64,000 bases of DNA, taken from the NCBI GenBank assembly GCA_964356325.1, contig CAYHHL010000001.1, positions 57,246 through 121,245 of the forward strand. Reading direction: 5' to 3'. This document shows positions 1-11,865 of this stretch, piece by piece (within the stretch, counting starts at the first letter, position 1; each line of letters begins with the position of its first letter). Source of the DNA: an uncultured Enterobacteriaceae bacterium. Lineage in GTDB: Bacteria > Myxococcota_A > UBA9042. The notes beneath the pieces were generated by a model. It did no database searches. It was not told the DNA's origin and saw only the letters and a program-made list of their open reading frames with translations. A program made the position numbers and the translations under genes.

Positions 1-96
1 CGTGACGGCGAACGAGCCAGGCCTCGCACCCGCGTTCGTTGCGAGCAGCGTCAACGGCAGGATCACGGCCAGCAGCAGGTCGGCGCGCGGGCTCAC
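1..96 (-). CDS. Partial CDS giving the N-terminal ~32 aa of a secreted or membrane protein (VSPRADLLLAVILPLTLLATNAGA...). It continues past the window start.
   Basis: On the minus strand, GGAGG (103-107 on the plus strand) lies 6 nt upstream of a GTG at 96..94. That GTG overlaps the TGA of the upstream amidohydrolase gene in a GTGA arrangement. The N-terminus is hydrophobic and signal-like. Confidence 0.3.
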   Translation of the reverse strand, partial: MSPRADLLLAVILPLTLLATNAGARPGSFAVT

Positions 97-1430
97 GGTC
101 GGCCTCCGGGGACGATCTGCTCGCCGTCGATGAAGACCCGCTCCGGTTCGACGCCCAGTTCCAACGGCGAGCGCGGCCACACCACGACGTCGGCGTCCTT
201 GCCCGCCTCGAGCGTGCCCAACCGGTCCGAGACGCCGATGAGCCTGGCAGGGTTGCGCGTCACGGCCTGGAGCGCTGCCTGCTCAGGAAGCCCGTAGTGG
301 TGCGCCTTTGCCGCCTCGAACATCAAGTAACGCGCGTCGATCACCGGGTGATCCGTCTTCAGTGCCAGCAGGACTCCAGCGTCGAACAGCAGTTTGGGCG
401 CGTGCACGCTGCCGTCGTACGCCTCCATCTTGAAGCCCCACAGGTCCGCGAAGGTCGCGACGCCGACGTGCTGGTCCACCAGCAACCGAGGGATCTTCCA
501 GGCTTCCAGCGCGTGATGGATCGCCGCGACGCGAAAGCCGAACTCGCCGGCGATGCGCAACAGCGTTTCGATGTCGTGGACTTCATAGCAATGCACTTGC
601 AGGTACACCTCCCCGCGCAACAGCGCTACGATCGGCTCCAGCTCAGGCTTGAACGGTTTGACGCCTGTATGCAGGGGGTTGCGTTCCCACGTATCCTGCT
701 GATCGCGCAGGTCGCGCGCCTCGAACAGCAGCTTGCGCAGGACCCAGCCGTGGCCCATGCGCGACATCGGCAATTGCGAGCGAGCCCCGTATACGCGCTT
801 GGGATTCTCGCCCATCGCCCACTTCATCGACCGCGGCGGCCTCGGCAAGGCCATCTCGGCGACGGTGTGGCCGCGCAGCTTGACGTAGAACGCCTGCCCG
901 CCGACCGCGTTGCCACTGCCCGGCAGGATGAGCGAGGTCGTGACGCCGCCCGCAACCGCTCGTGCAATCGCGGGATCTTCCGGATCGAAACCGTCCAGGG
1001 CGCGCACCGCGGGCGTAGTTGGCCCGGTCATCTCATTGCCGTCCGCGTGGGCCTTGGCGTTCGGCGCACCGTAGACGCCCAGGTGCGAATGCATGTCGAC
1101 CAGGCCCGGCGTCAAGATCCGGCCGCGCACGTCGATCTCCCGCGCTCCGTCCGGCAATGGAATGCCTTTCGCCACCGCGGTGATCTTGCCATTTTCCAAG
1201 AGGATATCGGTATCCGGCAGCACCGCGCCGGTCGCCGTCCACAGCGTGCCACCGCGCAACAACGTCGCCTGGGCGCGAACGGGCCGCGGCTTGGGGGCCG
1301 GCACCGGCGGCGGCAACTGGGCCAGCGCGGGCAGGGCGGCCAGCAAGGACAACGCCATGGCCATCAGGCAGCGGACAACGGCAAGACGCGTCTTGTGAAC
1401 GGGCCCATTCTGCAAGGGCGAACCGGACAT
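93..1430 (-). CDS. Amidohydrolase-family metal-dependent hydrolase, secreted.
   Basis: The motifs VDMHSHLGVYGAPN and HADGNE are typical of amidohydrolases. A signal peptide MAMALSLLAALPALAQ follows an internal ATG at 1430. Codon usage is GC3-rich in this frame. Confidence 0.75.
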   Translation of the reverse strand: MSGSPLQNGPVHKTRLAVVRCLMAMALSLLAALPALAQLPPPVPAPKPRPVRAQATLLRGGTLWTATGAVLPDTDILLENGKITAVAKGIPLPDGAREIDVRGRILTPGLVDMHSHLGVYGAPNAKAHADGNEMTGPTTPAVRALDGFDPEDPAIARAVAGGVTTSLILPGSGNAVGGQAFYVKLRGHTVAEMALPRPPRSMKWAMGENPKRVYGARSQLPMSRMGHGWVLRKLLFEARDLRDQQDTWERNPLHTGVKPFKPELEPIVALLRGEVYLQVHCYEVHDIETLLRIAGEFGFRVAAIHHALEAWKIPRLLVDQHVGVATFADLWGFKMEAYDGSVHAPKLLFDAGVLLALKTDHPVIDARYLMFEAAKAHHYGLPEQAALQAVTRNPARLIGVSDRLGTLEAGKDADVVVWPRSPLELGVEPERVFIDGEQIVPGGRP

Positions 1431-1608
1431 GTCGTGGGTGTTCCGAGGCCGGACTGACGGCGCGCGGCAGGGTAGAAGTCCCCCGGACAAACGGCAAGAG
1501 CGCGTCCGTTGGCGGCTACGGACCCGCGCTACGCCACCATGGACGAATGACCGCCACGCTTCTAGACTGCCCAGCCTAGCCATCGCCCTTCCCGGCTGCG
1601 CAGGTTCC

Positions 1609-4527
1609 ATGAGCCAACCCAAGACTTCTCGCTACCTAGGCCTCATCGGATTCCTCTGCCAGGGTCTCTGCCTCGCGGGGTGCGGCCTTGGCTCGGTCGG
1701 CGCGGATCTGGAAGCCTGGCGCGCCGCGAAGGACGCGTTCGGAGCCGATGCCACGGTCGCAGCCGATGCTGGCGCCGACGCCTCCACAGCCTGTTCACCC
1801 GCCAATTGTGACGATGACAACCCTTGCACGGCGGATACTTGCAAGGCAGGCGCCTGCCTGCACGCTACCCAGGACGGACCTTGCGACGACGGATCGGGCT
1901 GCACGGGTGCCGATACCTGCAAAGAAGGCAAATGCCAGGGAGCAGCGCGCACTTGGATGTTCGTCTCCGGCATCCCAGGTGCGTTCCAGACGGTCGCCGC
2001 TGTGCGCGAATTGCCAGACGGCGGGGTGTTGGCGGTCGGAGCCACGCAATTCGGCGACGGCGATGCAGTGCCGGCACGCGGGCATACCTTGCGCCTGGAT
2101 GCGGCTGGCAAATCCGTCGGCGAATGGCAAACCGATCCGGACACGCGCTGGACCGCCCTGGTGCCAGTGCCTGCCGCGACCCTTCTGCTCGGGTTTCGCC
2201 GTGACGGCGCGTCCGTAGCCCTGATTTCAGCACCTTTGCCACTCGACGCCGTGCAACCGCCGGCCTTGGTGACCCAGGATGCCTGGCCCGACCAACCCAT
2301 TGCCGCGGAGCCATCTGCAGACCAGACGGTGCTCGTGCTCGCCCAGTCCGGCACCGAGGCGAAGCGGCACGTCGTCCTCGATCGCCTCCATGCCGATGGT
2401 TCAGCGGTGGCGCGCACGCCTGTGCTAGGGACCGAAGGGCTGCAGGTCCAAGGTTGGACCCCGAACGCTGCGGGGCACCTGCTCGTCGGTTCGGCAAACG
2501 ACGGGCAATCCGCTTGGGCCGCCCAGGTTTCGCCCGCGGGAGTCCTGCAGGGCAAGCCGGCGATCTACACGTGTCCACAGGGTACGGACCATCACCTCGT
2601 GGGTGCCGTGCCCGCCGCGTTCGGTTTCGTGCTGGTGGGACACTGCCAGACGGCGGGAGCGGCCCACGTCTGGCTCGTCGGCGTCGATCGCAAGGCCAAG
2701 CCGCTGTGGACCAAGGTCTATCAGGATCAGGCGGATACCATCCTGGCCGTGCGTGCGCTCAGCGCGACGACGTGGCTGGCGGCGGGCTACACGCACGGCA
2801 ACGCCAATGCGCTGCTGCGACCGGCTTTGTGGCAATTCGACGTCACCGGCCAACAGTTGTGGAGTCGCACGATCGAAAAGGGCGCCCTGTTCGCGAGCCT
2901 GACCTTGGCCCAGGACGGCGGCATCTGGCTGGGCGGCGCGGCGACGCAAGGCATGACTTTGACGGCGGCCGATAGCTTCGTCGTGCGCGCCAACGCCTGG
3001 GGCCTGACGGACTGCAAGGGCGCCGGCAAGTGCGCGGGGCCCGGCAACAGCTGTGACGACGGCGACCCTTGCACTTCGGACGTCTGCGTCCTGGCCGGCG
3101 CATGCACGAACACGCAAAACACCTGGCCCTGCAACGACGGTGTCGCGTGCGCCATCGGCGAGACCTGCCAGGGCGGCGCATGCCAGGGCGGCAAGGCGGA
3201 CCTGTGCGACGACGAAAACGCCTGCACCACCGACTCGTGCTCGGACCCCGAGGGCTGCAAACACAAGCCGGCGAGCGGAAGTTGCAGCGACGGCAACGCT
3301 TGCACGACGGGCGACCTCTGTATCGACACGACTTGCACCCCGAACGGCGTGCTCGCGTGCGACGACGGCAACCCCTGCACGACCGACGTTTGCGATCCCG
3401 GCGTCGGCTGCAATGGCCTCAACGTGCCCGACGGCCTGCCCTGCGCCCAGGGCAAGGTGTGCGCCGCCGGCAAGTGTTCGATTCCTTGGGCCAGCGCCGT
3501 CGCTACGGGCGACGACTTCTCCTGCGCCATGCATGACGGCCACCTGCTGTGCTGGGGCGCCAACGATCGCGGCCAGTTGGGCAACGGTGTCGGTGCGGCG
3601 AGCGGCATCCCCGTCGACACTGGAGTCGTCCAGGCGGTGCAGGTAGGCGGCGGCGTCGGCTTCGCGTGCGCCCGCAAGGCCACCGGCAAGATCGCATGCT
3701 GGGGACGCAACGACGTCGGCCAGGCGGGCGTCGTCCCGGGCCCTGGCGCGGCGACTCCGACGGACGTGGCGTTGGCGGCCGTCGCGGTGGATCTCGCAGT
3801 CGGTGCGACCCATGCGTGCGCGAGAACCGTACAGCAGGACGTGTGGTGTTGGGGATCCAATATAGACAAGCAGTTGGACAAGGACGGTGCGGGAAGTTTC
3901 GCGCCCGTGCAGCCCGCGCACGTGACCAAGGCGACGCTGATCGCGGCGGGCGGCGCGCAGACCTGTGCCTTGAAGCCGAACGGTGAGACCGTGTGCTGGG
4001 GCCTGGCCAAACTCGGCGGCGCGTTGTTCGAGAAGACCACTTCGCAACCTCAACTCATCGACCTTCCTGCGTCTCCGGTCGCGCTGGCTGTGGGCGAGAC
4101 TTTCGCGTGCGCCCTCATGAACGACCACTCCGTTTGGTGCTGGGGCGAGAACAGCGTTGGCCAACTCGGCATGGGCAAAAGCGTTCCCGGGACATTCGCG
4201 CCGGTCGCCGTGCTGGGCCTCCAGGACGCCGAGAGCGTGACGGCGGGTTTCCAGCACGCCTGTGTCCTGCGCAAGGGCGGCGCGGTCTGGTGTTGGGGCG
4301 ATCACGTCTGGGGCGAACTCGGCGACAGCACCGCGCTCGCAGGCATCTCGGTGTTGGAGTCGCCGATCCTGGCCTCGATTCAGCCCATGACCCAGCTTGC
4401 CGCACGAAACACTCACACTTGCGGGTTGCTGCCCTCCGGCGCGGTGGCGTGCTGGGGCCACGGAGGCCTGCCGGGACTGGTGGGCCAAAGCAAGGCCTTG
4501 GTGTATCTTCAGGATTCGCTACCCTAG
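1609..4527 (+). CDS. Large lipoprotein combining Myxococcus-type cysteine-rich repeats (DDNPCTADTC, DGNPCTTDVCD) with C-terminal RCC1-like beta-propeller repeats (CWGANDRGQLGNG, five copies).
   Basis: The internal start MSQPK carries an L-A-G-C lipobox. The D-x-N-P-C-T-x-D-x-C motif repeats. There are five CWG-N-x-x-GQLG RCC1-like blades. Confidence 0.8.
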   Translation: MSQPKTSRYLGLIGFLCQGLCLAGCGLGSVGADLEAWRAAKDAFGADATVAADAGADASTACSPANCDDDNPCTADTCKAGACLHATQDGPCDDGSGCTGADTCKEGKCQGAARTWMFVSGIPGAFQTVAAVRELPDGGVLAVGATQFGDGDAVPARGHTLRLDAAGKSVGEWQTDPDTRWTALVPVPAATLLLGFRRDGASVALISAPLPLDAVQPPALVTQDAWPDQPIAAEPSADQTVLVLAQSGTEAKRHVVLDRLHADGSAVARTPVLGTEGLQVQGWTPNAAGHLLVGSANDGQSAWAAQVSPAGVLQGKPAIYTCPQGTDHHLVGAVPAAFGFVLVGHCQTAGAAHVWLVGVDRKAKPLWTKVYQDQADTILAVRALSATTWLAAGYTHGNANALLRPALWQFDVTGQQLWSRTIEKGALFASLTLAQDGGIWLGGAATQGMTLTAADSFVVRANAWGLTDCKGAGKCAGPGNSCDDGDPCTSDVCVLAGACTNTQNTWPCNDGVACAIGETCQGGACQGGKADLCDDENACTTDSCSDPEGCKHKPASGSCSDGNACTTGDLCIDTTCTPNGVLACDDGNPCTTDVCDPGVGCNGLNVPDGLPCAQGKVCAAGKCSIPWASAVATGDDFSCAMHDGHLLCWGANDRGQLGNGVGAASGIPVDTGVVQAVQVGGGVGFACARKATGKIACWGRNDVGQAGVVPGPGAATPTDVALAAVAVDLAVGATHACARTVQQDVWCWGSNIDKQLDKDGAGSFAPVQPAHVTKATLIAAGGAQTCALKPNGETVCWGLAKLGGALFEKTTSQPQLIDLPASPVALAVGETFACALMNDHSVWCWGENSVGQLGMGKSVPGTFAPVAVLGLQDAESVTAGFQHACVLRKGGAVWCWGDHVWGELGDSTALAGISVLESPILASIQPMTQLAARNTHTCGLLPSGAVACWGHGGLPGLVGQSKALVYLQDSLP

Positions 4528-4546
4528 AGTTCTCGCGGAGGTCCCG

Positions 4547-5755
4547 ATGCGTTCGAGCTGTTCCCTGGCCTGGACCCTGCGCTCGTGCCTCGTCGCGGCG
4601 CTGGTCGGCTGTGGAACGCCCGCTGCGCCATCCGTGCCCGCGGGCGCCGACACCGTGACCTTCGCGGGCGGCCTGGACGCCGGCAAGACTGACGCCAGCA
4701 AGGACTCCTCCGCGGGCGATGCGACAGTTGCCGACCACGGAATCGCTTCCCACGACACGCTGAAGTCGGACGCCCCCGCCAGCCCCGCGGACACGGTCGC
4801 GCCCACCGACAGCGTGGAGCCTGCCGAAGATATCGTGTCTTCCCCGGATGTTCCAACTGGACCTGTCTGTGGCAACGGCCAATGCGAGTCGCCCGAGTCC
4901 GCCCAGTCGTGCCCCGCCGATTGTCCTGCCGGCCCGCCGGTGTGCGGCGACGCTTGGTGCCAGATCGAGAGCGAGTCTCCCAGCTTGTGCCCGATCGACT
5001 GCGATGCCGGCGCCGTGGCTGTCCTGACCTGCCTCAAGGCGCCGTGCGCGGCCGAACTCGGTGTTTGCCTGGGCAGCAAGGCGTGCATCCTGGCGCTTGG
5101 CGAGGCGATGTCGTGTCTGTCCTCGTGCGGGGGAGGCTCCAACTGCGACGTGTGCGGCAAGATCGCGTCGGCCAAGCCAGGCGGCGACGCCGTGGTCGCG
5201 TGCGGCTTTGCCCAGTGCGGCAGCGCCAGCCCCGACGGCTTCTGCGGCGACGATGAGTGTGGCTCCAAGGAATCCGCGGTGACGTGCCTCGCGGACTGCC
5301 AGGGCGGCGGAGGGCCCGTGTGCGGCGACGGCACCTGCACGCCGCCCGAAAACGCCAGCCAGTGCCCCGCTGACTGCAAGGCCGCCAACGCGTGCGGCGA
5401 CGGCAAGTGCCAGGCCGGCGAGAGCAACGCTTCCTGCCCAGCCGACTGCAAGGGCCCTGCGCCCATGTGCGGCGACGCGGTGTGCCAGGCCAACGAGACC
5501 GTCTCGGCCTGCCCGTTCGACTGCGACCCGGCGATCCAGCCTTCGACCGCGTGCGGCAAGCTGAAGTGCGGCAAGCAAAGCGACGCCTGCTTCACCGACC
5601 CCGAGTGCGCCAAGATCCTGTCCGAGGCGCTGGCCTGCCTGAAGAAGTGTGGTGGCACGCAGGCTTGCACGAACAGTTGCGCCGGACCGGTGCTCGGCAA
5701 CGACCTGGCGTTGGCTCTCGCGTCGTGCGGCCAGCAAGAATGCCCGCCGCCGTGA
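4547..5755 (+). CDS. Secreted modular cysteine-rich lipoprotein with six ~21-aa repeats C-G-[DN]-G-x-C-x3-E-x4-C-P-x-D-C and a ~65-aa Cys-rich spacer module.
   Basis: The signal peptide MRSSCSLAWTLRSCLVAALVGCG has a lipobox. The repeats CGNGQCESPESAQSCPADC, CGDGTCTPPENASQCPADC and others are visible. It is paralogous to the ORF at 61941..63635. Confidence 0.7.
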   Translation: MRSSCSLAWTLRSCLVAALVGCGTPAAPSVPAGADTVTFAGGLDAGKTDASKDSSAGDATVADHGIASHDTLKSDAPASPADTVAPTDSVEPAEDIVSSPDVPTGPVCGNGQCESPESAQSCPADCPAGPPVCGDAWCQIESESPSLCPIDCDAGAVAVLTCLKAPCAAELGVCLGSKACILALGEAMSCLSSCGGGSNCDVCGKIASAKPGGDAVVACGFAQCGSASPDGFCGDDECGSKESAVTCLADCQGGGGPVCGDGTCTPPENASQCPADCKAANACGDGKCQAGESNASCPADCKGPAPMCGDAVCQANETVSACPFDCDPAIQPSTACGKLKCGKQSDACFTDPECAKILSEALACLKKCGGTQACTNSCAGPVLGNDLALALASCGQQECPPP

Positions 5756-5858
5756 CGCCGATCTCGCGGCTTCGAACGCGTTGATCCGCCCTCGAATACG
5801 GAACAGGTCTGCAGCACGCATTGCGCCAAAGGCCCGCAAGGGGCATCGTACGCGGCCC

Positions 5859-7018
5859 ATGACGGCCATCCTCGACTGCCCAGTGCTGCCCCTTCACCCT
5901 CTCCCGCGCGTCACCGGCGATCTGCCCGGTTGCGGCGGGCAGCTTCGCGTCCAGGTGGAAGACTTCGAAGTCGAGGAGTTGCCGCTGTACGAACCGTGCG
6001 GGCAGGGCGACCACCTCTACCTCTGGCTCGAGAAGATCGACGTGCCCGCGGAGACCTTGCGCCGTCACGTCGCGCGCAGCCTGGGTGTGCCGACGATGGA
6101 CGTGGGCATGGCCGGGCTCAAGGATCGCCGCGCCGTCACTCGCCAATGGGTCAGCGTGCCGCGTTCGGCCGAAGCGCGCGTGCCCCAGATCGACACCGAT
6201 CGCATCCACGTCCTGCGCGTCGTCGCCCACCGCAACAAGCTGCGCACCGCCCACCTGGCCGGCAACCGCTTCCGCATCCGCATCCGGGGCACGCAGCCCG
6301 AATCCGCCGAACTGGTCGCGCGCAAGTTGGAACGCTTGGCAGTGACCGGAGTTCCGGACTTCTTCGGCAGCCAGCGCATGGGCATCGGCGGGTCGACGTT
6401 CGCCGCCGGTTGGGCCTTGCTGCACGGCGCGGAACGCCTCACGCGGGTGCGCACGCCGGACGACACCGTGCACACGCTGCACCTCGAAGATCGACCGCTG
6501 CGTCGGCTGGCCGCTTCCGCGGTTCAGGCCGAGGTGTTCAACCGGACCGTCGCGTGTCGGCTGGAACGTGGCGTGTGGACACAGGTCTTGCCCGGCGACG
6601 TGTGCCGCAAGGTGCTGTCCGGCGGCACGTTCGTCACCGATGATCCAGAGCGCGAACAACTCCGGGCACTCGAAGGCGAACTGACCGTGACAGGACCGAT
6701 GTGGGGACCGAAGATGATCCGTGCCCAGGACCAAGCTGGTGAACTCGAACGGGAAGTCCTCGCTGGCATCGGCTTGACCGAGGCGCATTTCGCGACCTTG
6801 GGACACCTGGCCGAAGGGACGCGCCGGCCGGTGGTCGTGCGCCCGGGCGAATTGCAGGTCCAGGCCAACGACGATGGAGTGACGGTGGCTTTTACCCTGC
6901 CGGCGGGCGCATTTGCGACGGTGCTGCTGCATGAGCTGATGGGCCCGAACGAAGCGGAGGACTCGGCCGCGGCGCAAGAACTGGCCGGCGACGACGTGGT
7001 GAGCGAGGAGGGCCCGGC

Positions 7019-7028
<10 letters not shown>
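5859..7028 (+). CDS. truD: tRNA pseudouridine(13) synthase TruD.
   Basis: It carries the TruD signature GMAGLKDRRAVTRQW, and its length and N-terminus match TruD. The start was chosen at the internal ATG 5859. Confidence 0.8.
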
Positions 7029-10375
<3,347 letters not shown>

Positions 10376-10471
10376 GTTTTTTCGGAGCCCGGAGCCGGAG
10401 CCGGAGCCGGAGCCGGAACCGGGACCGAACCCGAACCCGAACCCGACCCCGACCCCGAACCCGAACCCGGG
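10376..10471. repeat. Hexanucleotide microsatellite: (GGAGCC)x5 followed by about 8 copies of (GAACCC)/(GACCCC).
   Basis: The repeat is read directly from the sequence. It sits in the 3' intergenic space between two convergent genes. Confidence 0.9.
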
Positions 10472-11803
10472 CTAAGGTTTGGCCGCTTCCTCGATCAGCC
10501 TGCTGACCACTTCGTCCAGCGCGTCGTTGACCCCCGACTCCTCGTCCAACAGCACCTCGCCATTGACCAACACCAGCACGCCTGCCTTCTTGTCCGCGAG
10601 CAGCCAGGCCTCGGCGTGCCAGCCGTAGTCGCCGGCAAACGCGGCGTACAGTTTGCCAATGGTGTCCAACTCATACTCGTACCAGGCGAAGCCTTGACCG
10701 CCGGCATTCTCGATGTCGCCGAACTGCTCCTTGAAGATCTCGACGACGCTCGCGGGCTTGAGCACGCTCACGCCGTCCACGCTGCCGCCGAGCGACATGA
10801 CCGCGATGATGCGCGTGAAATCCTTGACGTTGGTGTACAGCGTGCCGCTCGGGTAGTACGGATAGCCGACCTGATCCAGCGTCACGTAGTCGTCGTTTTC
10901 GTCGATGGCATGCGGGGTCGCGAGCTTCTTGGCGTCGATGTCCTTGAGATGCCAGCCAGTCGCAGTCATGCCCAGCGGTTTGAAGATCTTGTCCTGGCAG
11001 TACTGCTCGAATGTCTGCTTGGCCACGATCTCGACGACATGCGCGGCCAAGCCGATGCCGACCGAACTGTACTGCGAGGTCGTGCCCGGCGCCTCGTCGA
11101 GGAAATTGTCCTTCGAGTACAAGTTTCCACCTTCCTTGAGGTAGTTCGCGTCGAAATCGGCAAGGGCCAGGGTCGGATCGCCAGGCAGGTCGAATTGCGC
11201 GTACAAGCCGTCCCGATCGTTCAGGGAGGACGTGTACGTCAGCAATTGGCGAACCGTGATCTTGCCCGCGGCTTTCGGGTTCTTGACCGGGAACGGCAGG
11301 TACTTGCTCACGTCCTCGTCCAGGCTCAGCTTGCCGGCTTCGACCTGTTGCATCACCGCGATCGCCACGACCGTCTCGGACACGCCCGAGATGCGCATGA
11401 GGTGTTCGAGCGTCAGCGGCGTGCCCTCGTCGACGTCGGCTTCGCCATAAGCCTTGCTCCACGTCAGCTTGCCGTTCTTGACCACGCCCGCGGCCAAGCC
11501 GGGTACACCGATGAAGTCCAGACGGTTGGTGATGAAATCATCCAAGGACTCAACAGGCTCTACATCGGCCTTGGCATCGGCGCCGGTCTGGCCCGCGTCC
11601 TTGCCGACCGCGCCGTCCTTGCTGGCGTCTGCACCGGCGTCTGCGCTGGCATCGGTGGGGGCCTGGGCGTCCGCGCCTGCGTCCTGTGCTGTGACGACGT
11701 CTTTGGCGGCCGCTGCGGTCGTGGCTTGCGATCCGGAAGTGCCGCAGCCGAAAGCGAAGGCTGCGCAAACGACGAACGTGAAACGAATGGGCAACCGGGA
11801 CAT
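10472..11803 (-). CDS. Beta-lactamase-fold (PF00144-like) serine-hydrolase-family lipoprotein, possibly catalytically atypical.
   Basis: The segment RISGVSETVVAIAVMQQVEAGKLSLDEDVSKYLP aligns to the class-C/PBP4* S-x-x-K region. The signal is MSRLPIRFTFVVCAAFAFGCG. A long Ala/Asp/Lys-rich linker follows. Confidence 0.7.
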   Translation of the reverse strand: MSRLPIRFTFVVCAAFAFGCGTSGSQATTAAAAKDVVTAQDAGADAQAPTDASADAGADASKDGAVGKDAGQTGADAKADVEPVESLDDFITNRLDFIGVPGLAAGVVKNGKLTWSKAYGEADVDEGTPLTLEHLMRISGVSETVVAIAVMQQVEAGKLSLDEDVSKYLPFPVKNPKAAGKITVRQLLTYTSSLNDRDGLYAQFDLPGDPTLALADFDANYLKEGGNLYSKDNFLDEAPGTTSQYSSVGIGLAAHVVEIVAKQTFEQYCQDKIFKPLGMTATGWHLKDIDAKKLATPHAIDENDDYVTLDQVGYPYYPSGTLYTNVKDFTRIIAVMSLGGSVDGVSVLKPASVVEIFKEQFGDIENAGGQGFAWYEYELDTIGKLYAAFAGDYGWHAEAWLLADKKAGVLVLVNGEVLLDEESGVNDALDEVVSRLIEEAAKP

Positions 11804-11865
11804 AGATCTACCTCGGTGGTGGACGGAAATCGCTGTGTCGGCAGAAATCACATTGTCGGCAGAAA

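Noticed and set aside
10376-10471. Consideration of the hexamer array as a CRISPR or other spacer-containing repeat.
   Set aside because: The units are only 6 nt long, perfectly tandem and without spacers, and no cas genes are nearby. It is a microsatellite, not a CRISPR array.
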